DNA of 63,704 bases, filler included, from Sphacelaria rigidula (taxonomy: Eukaryota): assembly GCA_964200075.2 (NCBI GenBank). It is 9 parts of 9 records of this genome, joined end to end, with 100 filler letters (N's around TTAATTAATTAA, not from the genome) between each part and the next. Parts side by side here need not be neighbours in the genome. Positions count along the whole stretch, not along the records: positions 1 to 6,990 come from CAXNAA020017057.1; positions 7,091 to 14,080 come from CAXNAA020017058.1; 7 more parts are not named here. One strand, written 5' to 3'. Both the position numbers and the translations under genes were made by a program. A model generated the notes under the pieces. The model was not told the DNA's origin. It saw nothing but the letters and a program-made list of their open reading frames with translations, and ran no database searches. Below are positions 1-10,200 of the stretch, one piece after another (positions within the stretch are counted from its first letter, which is position 1; each line of letters starts with the position of its first letter).

Positions 1-275
1 CCTTCCCGGCTTTGTAGGGATGCGAGGTCAATGGTCTGATGACCATGGCATGCATGATCATGAGTACACCGTGGCGGTCAACGAGTTCGAGTGGATATGT
101 AGTGCAACGGCGATTTTTTTCCGCCCTTGTTCAAAAACCTGATATAAAACAACAACAAAAACACCAACCCCCCGCGCCCACAAATATTAATGAGCATCTG
201 TATTTCTCGAGTGTAATCATCTTTTTTCTGGATGAATCTGAATCTCGACTGCATGTGCAAATAATTATCCCGCAG

Positions 276-3200
276 GTGAAAAAAATTACCCGGCAACAAG
301 AGCAGCAACGGTAACGACAGGGTCGGTAGGGGCGTCGTACTACAAGCGAAACTACGGGGGAGTGGAGAAAGACGATCACCGACCGTTACTGGCGGTGACG
401 TCATCGTTTGACGAAGCGGCAGAAAATGCGCCGCGTTATTTTTCGGGCGATGATGACGATGATGTGGAGAGAAGCGGCGGTCGGAGCGGCAGGGGATGGT
501 GTGTTGCTGACCAAAGGCGAAAACGGCGATCCGGTTCTCGTACCAGAAGAAAAGGTACGTATTGTTTGGTCATGTTCCACGCCTTTTACGGTACTCGCAC
601 ATAGAGTTAGACCATCTCGTGTGGCAGCAGTCACAAAAACGGATCTGTACGCACATCGGGAAAGCTCAGATTCGTTTGTCACGATTTGAGGAAGGTGTTC
701 CACGAATCTGAGCGCAGATCCGTGGAAAATCGAGGTTCCCCGAATCTGTGCGCAGGTGACGTACGTTGACGTACAATGACAGGGCAAGAGGCGTGCGTTT
801 GATATTTTTGCAATCGCAGCAGCAGACGGGCTCGTGACAGCACAGGGCGTGCCTCCCGGCGCCATCTGCCGGATCAGCTCCGCACGGGGTTTGACAAGCA
901 GATAGGAAGTGTTGATGCTGTGCCATGCTGCAGTTGTAATATTTTGTGCTGCACTGCGCTACCGTATGTATCATCACAACGAACGATACTGACACGGTAT
1001 TTTACAAATTGGGGATGTTTTTTTTTGTTGAGGATGAAAGCCCGGAGAATTAAAATCTTCGTGTACACACCAAAAGTTCGAAATATGGTTCCATTCCTTT
1101 TGCTGGTAGCTATTGACAAATACTACACGCCGTACGAACTTGGATTTCGATAACTGAAATGTTGGGGTCCTAGTTCAAAAACAGATTTGGCGGGATTGAG
1201 GTAATCCGATCGGACCCCAAGATTGGTTTTTGACCTAGGACCCCGACATTTCGGTTATCGAAATCCAAATTCGTATGGCTTGTGGTAGCTGTGACTAGCT
1301 ATTATACCAGCCGGTGAAGAAATGGAACCATATTTCGAACGTCTCGTGTGTATACGAAGATTTTGATTCTCCGGGTTTTCATCCCCAATAAAACATCCAT
1401 CCCCGAGTTGTATAATGCCGTGTGTTCACTATATTATAGCAGTACACTTGATGACAATGTAATCTGTTTGTCATTACCCAGGCAGTGTCTTTGACGCACG
1501 TCTGGCAGGACATTCTACGTACCCGATCGCTAATGGCGAATTTCGTGGCGAAGCCATGGTGTAGGTGACGACTGTGTACTGTAGGTGATCCTCGGGTAGT
1601 GAGTCATCGGAACTCTCGAACCTGTCACCCCAGGAATCATATTCCACGTATCTCTTCAGGGAACACTGGGGGTCCCATTCCATAATATGGTCAAGATAGT
1701 AAGTCACGACTCCTAGACTCCTATATGATACGCCTGTAGCACGGGACTGTTACACCAATATATTGGGGTAATCCTATGTACGACAGGGGAGGGGGCGTAC
1801 TCATTTGTTGCTTGTGAATCCCACCAAAATGCGATCAAGATCGTTTTCACAAGTTCGAGCTACTGCTAGACTGTTCCAACAAATTCAAGTATGCTGATGT
1901 AGTGCAGGGTCCCAGCATAGTGCGGTCATGCCGGGCTCGATGTACCCCTGTAAGGTACACGGTGGGAGGTTCCACCACAGTGTGGTCAATGGTGCTTGCC
2001 ACATTTTCCGAGTCACTACCGTCCTGTCATAAAGTAATATCAGTTCACCAATATAGTGCAGGGTCCCACCATAGTGTGATCTTACGAGCTTGGCAACAAA
2101 CTGCACTGTGGTGGGACCCCTACTGTACCGATTATGAATATCAACAGTCAACATGGTGCATACACGTGTGGGGACACGAATGGTGGAAAAAACCTTGCGC
2201 GGACATGTCATTTGAGGCGGTGGCATACCACCCGACGTTTTTTTTTGTAGTCATCTTGTACACCATTTTCTCCTATGCAAGTCGTTTTCCATTTTCTTCT
2301 CCCTCTCCCTCTTTCGTTTTCCCCATTTTATTTTATTTTATCGTGCGTCCTCCTTTCCCGAAGTCGTGCGGCGAATATCTCCCGTCCCCCGCCCCCCCCC
2401 TTTGTTCGGGATCGGTAGGTATCAAATACTAGCCTGGCGTTTTCCTCCTCTTACTCGTTTGTTCGGTTTGGTTTGGTCCGGTTTCATTTTATTCCGTCTT
2501 CGGAAGTTCGAGATCTCGCAAGATTTCATATATTATTCTCTCCATTGTTTCATCCTTAGACAGCGGCCCCCCCACAGATGGACTGAGTTGAACTATGCCT
2601 TTTTCGTGAACATGTGGATATTTGTCCTCTAAATAGAAAATAGTCCCGGAAAATCCCCTACCAGTTTTGACCCTACAGCAAATCGCGTGCAGAGTCGGTA
2701 TGTATGTGTGCTGTATGTCTTCACTGGATACAACGGCAAGAGACGGGATAATTGTGCCATCGCTCTCCGCTTTACACAGTTTACTGCATGCTGCTGATGC
2801 CTCTGCCTAGTGCTCAACAACAACACTACAATGTGAAGCCATGCTGAGAGCACATGAGGGGTCAGGCAGGCGGCGTAGACCACGAGCAGAATACATGACA
2901 AGTTAAATGTACCCATGTTATTTACGGTTGATTTCCCATGACCAAAATGAGTTGTGGGGGTAGACGGCGAATAAGTCAAATGTAGTCCACCCGAACCGGA
3001 AGAACTTGCTCCTGTCGACGACGGTGGTTGGTCGGAATGGGCATCCCGCGCCTCTCGGGCCTCGTGCACGGCTCATAAGTTTCCGCGGGAAGCCTCTAAA
3101 TACACATGGTTGACTTGGTTAGCTTTCCGGGCTCCTCTGCGGAGATACCCTTTCCTCAAGAACCACACACCCCGGCCACCGGAAACCCCCGAATGTCTCC

Positions 3201-4208
3201 GGACTGTCAGCTTGTGAAACTTTTCCGACGCTCGCTGTCTAAGGCTTAAGGGTATGCCGCGGCAGCGCTAGGTCTTCCTCCATGAGCCAGCAGAGAGGCA
3301 AACGCATTCTTGCAGCGGGTACTCCGTGTGCATATCGCCATTTTACTTTTTCGAGAGCATCAAATAGTGACCACACTCTGGCTGGACTCGAAGCGGAATA
3401 CTTCATGTACGGCGATCAATGAAGCACTCATCATCGGATCGCCTTTTTCTTGTCGTTACTCTTTTCGACGTGCAACTGTGATTATTTTTCCTTCTTCTCT
3501 TTTCGTTTTTCATTCTTGATTCCTCATCTCCGCTTTTCTATTTTCATTCCTCGTGTTAGGCGAATGTTGACGCCTTGGAATGACTTCCTCTACTCTTTGA
3601 GACGCTTCCAAGGCAACTTTGCAGCTCCCCCTGGCCGCACTTTTGTTATCGGCCAAATCAGGCCAAACACGGATTTTCAGTAAAAAACGGCCAGGTGATC
3701 AAAATTCCCCCCTGTTTTTCTGAGCGCTTGACCGTTTTTTGTGGGAGATCCGTGTTCGGCCAAAAATGAAAGTGCGGCCAGCGGGAAAAGCAAAGTTGCC
3801 CTGGAACGGTCTCAATGAGCAGAGCAAGTCATTCGAAGGCGTCAACAGCCGCCTAGCCGTCTTCTCAGGCGTGAAACGACGGAGAAGGGCCAAAAAGGCA
3901 GTTTTAAACAGGAGTTTTGAACGTCTCCCATTAGAGTCGGTCTTACTGTTTCTTCTCGTTTCCAATTGATCGCTTCACATCGAGTATACTTCGTTTTTTT
4001 ACGACCTTTTTTGTGCAACCAACTGCTAGGCGCGGGCGGCATATCTAGCTACAATGCGGAGGGCGAGGAATCGGATCCGCGGGTGCATGCTAAGCATAAC
4101 CTCGGACACACGGTGCGGACCATTCTCAAGAACAGGATCGTACTGGTCTTGTTCGTGGCGTCATCGTTGCGGATGGTGGGCACGTGGAGCATGGCCGGAT
4201 ACATGGCG
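276..4208 (+). CDS. Two probable internal exons (276-554, 4030-4208) of a major facilitator superfamily transporter: hydrophilic central loop followed by a transmembrane helix
   Basis: Exon 276-554 has a ccgcag acceptor and a gtacgt donor, is open and ends in phase 1. Exon 4030-4208 has a polypyrimidine-ctag acceptor and a gtgagc donor and starts in phase 1, so the two are compatible. The second exon reads HNLGHTVRTILKNRIVLVLFVASSLRMVGTWSMAGYMA, which resembles the loop-TM7 junction of MFS (spinster-like) carriers. The product assignment is inference. Confidence 0.5.
993..1422. mobile_element. Palindromic MITE/foldback element, family A
   Basis: About 190-bp imperfect inverted arms (CACGGTATTTTACAAATTGGGGATG... 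versus ...CATCCCCGAGTTGTATAATGCCGTG) around a short spacer. Homologous copies lie at about 4620-4830 and 14535-15386. Confidence 0.85.
3557..3855. repeat. Imperfect inverted repeat (about 135-bp arms), intronic foldback
   Basis: TAGGCGAATGTTGACGCCTTGGAATGACTT...AAAAAACGGCCA mirrors TGACCGTTTTTT...AAGTCATTCGAAGGCGTCAACAGCCGCCTA. The paired ORF translations 3450-3683(+) and 3699-3965(-) are visibly similar. Confidence 0.8.
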
Positions 4209-4619
4209 GTGAGCATGCTTACAGTGGGTGGACATGCGCAAAGCATCCCGTTATAATGTACTCATAATCTTGCATGTAGTCGTTACGGGACGGTTGATCT
4301 CGCACCCCTATAAAGCCGGGACGGAGCACGCAGGTTCTTCGCCAGACCACGCTCAGGCTCTCGTATCACAGTGAGGGTGTGCTCATTTGTTGCCTGCCTT
4401 GGTCGTTTGACCATTGACCACGTATCCCCTTCGAGACGGAACATATCACAGAGGGGGGGGGGGCAGTTTTTGTTCATTGTTTTGAGTCACGCTCCATACC
4501 ACTCCCCCTCTTCTGGACGAGCTCGTGGTCTCAAGGGATCAACGCAACCGATCTATCTCCAGGTACAGTATACGCCTTGCATTTCGGAAGTATCGCGGAT
4601 TGAATCAAACCGCCTCGAT

Positions 4620-4830
4620 TTTCAAAATTGAAGATTGAGCTTGTCATTGAGGATGAAAACCCGGAAAATTACATTCTCCGTATCCACAACAATTCTTCGA
4701 AATATAGTTGCATTTCTTGCGCCTACTTTTAGCTATGGACAAATGCTACACGCCATACGAATTTGGATTCGGATAACCGAAATATTGGGGCCATAGGTGA
4801 AACAAATAAATGTGGGGAATTTAGGTGATC
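4620..4830. mobile_element. Single-arm remnant of MITE family A
   Basis: TTGAGGATGAAAACCCGGAAAATT...CTTCGAAATATAGTT...CTACACGCCATACGAATTTGGATT matches the left arm at 1000-1175. Confidence 0.7.
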
Positions 4831-5440
4831 CTCGATTTTGAAAATCGGCAGTTGTCAGCACTCCCAAGTGTGGGTCAGGTAGGGTGTAGGGTATACACGA
4901 TATTTTGGTATTTTGAAGAGGGTGGGTTCGATCCATGACCACGGCAGCAGCCAGCCCAGTACTTTTGTCGTTCCTTTCTCTTAAGCCCATACAAGTCACT
5001 TTATGACTGCATTAGGCACGTCATGTGCGACATTTCAAAATATTACAATATCGGGTAAATACCCTAAACGACCAGCTCCTGCAGCACTCCGCTCCCGCAC
5101 AGCGCCGACTCTCGTCAGACAAGCTCAGTCAAACATCCGCTGTTTTCGCCGCGCACGTGCTCACGTTCTCTCCGACAATGACGGGAATCCTGAAGCAAGG
5201 TTGTGGTCTACAGTATAGGGTATACCCAAAAGTGGAGAATTCGTGGTTGGCATGCTATTATGAACTACACCGACATGTGTACAGAATATCCCGGAATCGA
5301 GTCGGCAGGGGTTATCAAGCCTCGCTCCGCACAATCCGGCACTGTTCGGAACGGCATTCATGAACGGATGAAGTTACTCTCGTACACCTCTGTCAACACC
5401 CGAATCTCACCCGGTATACCGTACAAAGCACAACCTTAAA

Positions 5441-5970
5441 CACATCGGACAGCTCATGAGCTACCTGGATATTACTGTTATGAGACTGCTGATTCGAGCT
5501 AGCTCACTTGGCCGCTATTTCAAGAGTCGGACAAGTAATGATCGTCTGGAAATTACTTGGTTTTAGTATACCTGATTCGAATCGTACGAATCAATCCCTA
5601 GGCTTTGTTTTCNNNNNNNNNNTTGTTTTCAGCGTTGCAACCCAGGTACACGCAGCCCAGACACACGTGGAATGGCGCAAAAGTTGCGTGGATACCCCTT
5701 GTGGACAAGCGGTCAACTTTTTTCTCCCTTTTCTGGGCAATCAGGCCGAAGAAATTGTGGATTTGGTGTTTCGTAGTCGTGATGATCCGTCCTAACCGTG
5801 CACTATTTCCGTGCTAGCTCCCGACAGCGATGGAACGCGGTGTAGCGGGAAGGTAAGGCTGTCGCTTCTCAGACACTGCTGTCTCGTGCTTTGTGTTTTG
5901 GTATAATGGATCTGAGAGCTCTCTTCGATTCGTTTTTTTCAGGTAGGTAGCTCATGAGCTGTCCGACGTG
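5441..5970. mobile_element. MITE family C (TIR CAC[A/G]TCGGACAGCTCATGAGCTACCT) interrupted by a hAT-like MITE
   Basis: About 26-bp terminal inverted repeats at 5441 and 5970. An uninterrupted copy of about 253 bp lies at 16148-16400. Confidence 0.8.
5521..5800. mobile_element. hAT-like non-autonomous element (CA...TG ends, 8-bp TSD)
   Basis: Flanked by CGCTATTT (5513-5520) and CACTATTT (5801-5808). Absent from the family C copy at 16148-16400. A second copy lies in reverse at 61435-61703 and a partial one at 35450-35519. An 8-bp TSD is the hAT hallmark. Confidence 0.75.
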
Positions 5971-6345
5971 TGCAACCGTGATTTCAATCAGGCACTTGGA
6001 AAAAAAAAAAAAAACGAAACTCGAACGCAACTGGCAAGGATCGAATACGCGTTTCCCCCGCTCCGATGGCCAGTCGGTTGTACCGTTTTAATTTGTATCA
6101 CCAGAGCACGACAGTAGACTATACTGGTATTATAATGCATTTGCTTGAAATTGGTACAGTGGATTGATTGAACTTGTGACAAATGGTCTTCACCGCACTG
6201 TGACGGGACCCCTCCCCTCCCCTCCCTTCCCCATAGAGAGCAGTAGTCATGTAGTTGCAGAATGTGAACTCTACAAGGAGGAACGGATCATCACGGGACG
6301 TGAACGAAGGTGGCGTGAAATCGTTTAATGCATTAAATATAGGGG

Positions 6346-6410
6346 CCAGCCTAAAAACGGATTTAAGCTCTAAAAGCAATAGCTCATCGACACAGACGAG
6401 TTGAGTCGTG
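6346..6410. repeat. Short interspersed repeat, family D
   Basis: Near-exact reverse complement of 14181-14244 (CAACTCGTCTGTGTCGATGAG...CTTTTAGAGCTTAAATCCGTTTTTAGGCTGG). Confidence 0.75.
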
Positions 6411-6497
6411 ATCCGCATATCGTATTAATCGTCTTCAATCAAGGGGAAGGTGCCCATCTGCTCAAAAGTTTGGGCCCATATTTTCTCGTTGATTAAA

Positions 6498-6900
6498 CCC
6501 CCCATGTCTAGTGATTCCCGTACCTAAGGGAGATGGCGCCAATACTAAAATCTCTATGAAACCCCCGATCGATGTATTCAGCGGATGGCGACGAATTTTG
6601 GTGTGGATAACCACAAAAGAGTGCCGAATAAAAAAAAAATGGGCCTTTTTTTTTTTTTATTTATGTTAGAACTGTCTTGTGAATTAGGTTTTCCACAGTA
6701 GATGAATGCTCGTAAGTAGGGAAACAGCTTGACAAAAATCAACCTGATCCACTTTGTTTTGTTGATCATGCCCTAGCCACGCCCCACACAAAGTTGCAAT
6801 ACACAAACACCAAACTTGGGCCGGTAAACGGCCTGCAAAATACTGTTCCGATTTTCTTCTGACCCCGTCACTAAACGGCCCATTATACGGCCAATATTTA
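6498..6900. mobile_element. Interspersed repeat family E (arm of a large foldback element)
   Basis: CCCCCATGTCTAGT...GATCGATGTATTCAGCGGATG and TGCCCTAGCCACGCCCCACACAAAGTT...CACTAAACGGCCCATT match 50898-51010 and 51510-51660. Confidence 0.7.
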
Positions 6901-6990
6901 TTTGAGGCAGCCATGAGGCAGTGTGAAAGCTGTGGCTGTCTCGGGAAGTCGCGATATCAGAAAATAAAGCAACTTATTGTAGGCTGTCAT

Positions 6991-7090
6991 NNNNNNNNNN
7001 NNNNNNNNNNNNNNNNNNNNNNNNNNNNNNNNNNTTAATTAATTAANNNNNNNNNNNNNNNNNNNNNNNNNNNNNNNNNNNNNNNNNNNN
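6991..7090. other. Artificial contig linker N44-TTAATTAATTAA-N44 (also at 14081-14180, 21171-21270, 28261-28360, 35350-35449, 42439-42538, 49528-49627, 56617-56716)
   Basis: Eight identical 100-nt spacers carrying a six-frame stop cassette. The segments between them are 6990-6988 bp in descending order. Confidence 0.98.
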
Positions 7091-7299
7091 TATCATTCAT
7101 GAAATTAGTTCACCCATATTTGTCCACTCACACACACACACAGAAAAATACACGCACCGAATGCACACCGCACACTGAATACACACCGAAAGAAGTGGGG
7201 TAGTCATTTCTGGGGAAACCGCTCATACAGAATGACATGTAATACTCTCATCTCTTCGCCACGCAAGAAAGCATGTCCTTGTCAGATATCTACTGCAAC

Positions 7300-10200
7300 C
7301 ATGATATCGGGTATACCTGAAATAACAGAACTAATCTCTCATTCGTATTTCCCCTAAACGTCATGATTCAATCTCAGTATGCATATCCCTTGCATCCAGG
7401 CAGATGTGCGCTTACAAATCCTGGAGCGTAAGTAAAATCGATTACCGCTTACTCCGAATATCAGCGGAGGATGGAGGGAGACCGATCCGAGCCAGCAACC
7501 CCGGCGGCGAAAGTGGTGGCCCCCACGGTGCAGCGCAGGCCGGCGGCACAGATGACTCCGGTGCGCCCGCACCAGCACCCAAACGACGATAGCTCTCAGC
7601 CGGCCGAAGATCTTTCTTTTGGGAATTATCAACAGCTGAAGCGGACTTGTCCGGATAGTTGACTATTGTCAGAATGGCTACAATACAATGCCATTTTGGC
7701 ATCCGCAAAGGGGACACCTGCAGTTCCACTACAAGAAGAGGTGCGAAAACATAGACGAGTCGGCTGGAAATCCCAGAACAATATTAGATGTGACAGTGGC
7801 GGTTGCGCAGCCGCCCGTAACAACTGCACAATCGGTGCCAACTCAAATTGCCAACCCTGTGTCTTTCACTCCGGCGCCCCCAACGGGAAAGTCCTCGACT
7901 GAAATCGCGCGCGAGGATGCGAAAATGGACACATCTATATTTTGATTGAGTTGCCGAAGTTACCGCTCAGTTCGGATCATGATGTCGCCGACTTGGTAGC
8001 TTTCGGTGCTGCTCTTCGAGACTCCACAAACGACATTCTTCGTGTAATTGTTGGTGACACCGACCCTGATGATTGGCACCTGGGCTGGGTGAAGTGTTTG
8101 CAGAAATATCTTTTAAAATCGATTCGAATAATAAATCTGCCTCACAGGGGTCCCAGACAGCATCCATACTGAGAACCCGAAATGTCGATGTAACCAATGA
8201 GGCAATCAGAATGCAACATGCGGGATCGACGGGTCTTAAGGAGTTTGACCACGTCTTACGAATGCTAGTAGAGCGCTAAGTAAGGTCACCCCAGCTGGTG
8301 TAATGGGTTTGTTGGTAAGTTTCACAGTCGATCCTGGGACCACCTTTGCGACCTATTTATCTGAACTGAGACTGTTGGTGGCAAATGCGCAAAGTGTGGG
8401 TCGAGAAACAGCCCCGGGGAGTGGAGCTATTCAATCGGCGGTGAAAAATGGCATCGATGATCAATTTCCTAATATTAGTGCACAGGCTATCGCGGGTCGA
8501 CACCATCAACCTCTCCCTTTTGGTGATGTTGAGCAATTGATGAACACCCATCGAGATTTCGCTACGAACACCTCGGTGGCCGTAGTATCTACGCGTTTTG
8601 GTACTGGCAGTGCTGGTAGTGTGACAACCAGACCTAGACATTTCGCCAAAGCTTGACATAGTAAACGTTTTAGGGGTGTCATGGGTACTGATGCGGTGTA
8701 TCAAGAGGAAGATACAGAAATGCAAAATGTTTATTCCATTGGTCACGAACACAATCGCCGTTTCGGAGAGAGGGTAAAGATCCCCTTTTACGAACCTTTC
8801 ACCTCTCGCGAAGCAAAAGATGCCGCGCGCAAAGCATTCGGTCCCTTCTGTTTGAACTGCGGCAGCTCGGAGCACCTTCTTGCCCGAGATTGTCCTCAAG
8901 AATCCATAAGTAAGTCGGGCATTATACACCATAGAATCGGGGGAGGGTCCTCACAAGAAATTTCTGGAAAGTGGCGACGATGGCAGCACCGGCTGTGTGC
9001 TTACCATCGTGAAAGAAACAAACCTTGAAGGTGTGGCGATGGGACTGCGGGCCAGTTCATCGATAGCACTTCAGCCCGTATTAAGTATTGGAGGACCTGA
9101 CCCTCTCGAAAAGATTGCAAATACTAATGTCGTTACTGGGTCTAGTCCGCGCAGTCCAACTGACTCGTCCTTGCACGGGAAGACTACTAGTTGGGGTAAC
9201 GAGGGGAATGTGTTCGCACCGGGTATGAATTGTGGTGCCGATGAAACACTGAAATCCAACGTAAGGACTGATCATCTTCATCAAGGTAACTCAAAAGTTG
9301 GAAAGACATCACAATCCTGTACAGATGAGAGTGTCAGCCAGTTTGTAGACACTTCAATGCAGACGGGTGCAAGCAGGGCCTTAGCGTTGAACTCTTGCGC
9401 GACATCCCAGTCCGACCGTCGGAATAACGCATCGACTATGGGTAGTATAATGCGTGAGAGGACCGCGTGCTTAGAGGACCGCGCCGTACTTCAAAACACC
9501 TCAGGATTGATGTTTTTCAAAACCAATCGAGCCAGCCCCTTCCGGTACCACGCCCCTGACCATAACCCTAACACTAACCCTAACCCTAACCCTAACCATG
9601 GGCATGTTCAACTTCCGATGCGGTCCTTTAAACACGCGGTCCTCTCACGCATTACAGGTAGCTCCCTTAGTTGCGCACCAGTTTTAAGCGATCTTTTATG
9701 TGAAAATAAAAAGTCGAGTGCACAACCGGGCAGCCGAGATGAGTCGTTTGAGTCGTCGGTTGTAGCTAGGGTTGCGGATGGACCCGATGCGATTGTGCAG
9801 TCGCAGAGTAAAGAGCACCCAGTAGGACAAGTAAGCATCCAGGGTGAGGTAGGACAACTGCATGATCGAGTTATCTCTCGAAGTAGCCCTCGATGCCCAT
9901 CTGGACCAGGGAACACATGCAGAGATCGTCCCGCCGACTGTTCTACCGTGCATGGCAAAACAGTCCGCATCGGCAGGAGCAATAGTAATGGTAGTCACCT
10001 GGTTGGCCGAAATGACATTACTCCCGCCGAAACTAAATATTCGACTGTTCACGGTACTTGTGTCCGCGGCAGCCGGGATAACAGTAAGGCTCCGGTACGG
10101 GAAACGGAAAGTTGTCCCGCCGAGATTTTCACTTTGCATGAAAAAACGAAACGCACCAGTTCGACAATTAGTAGCATTGAGGCAAATGAAGGTGAGATTT

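Noticed and set aside
7035-7046. TTAATTAATTAA as a biological motif
   Set aside because: It is identical in every gap and flanked by fixed N runs, so it is a synthetic stop linker.
7091-7320. 5' LTR end and primer-binding site of the Gypsy element (CA|TGATATCGGG)
   Set aside because: The match to a tRNA 3' end is weak, and there is no second LTR in the contig to confirm it.
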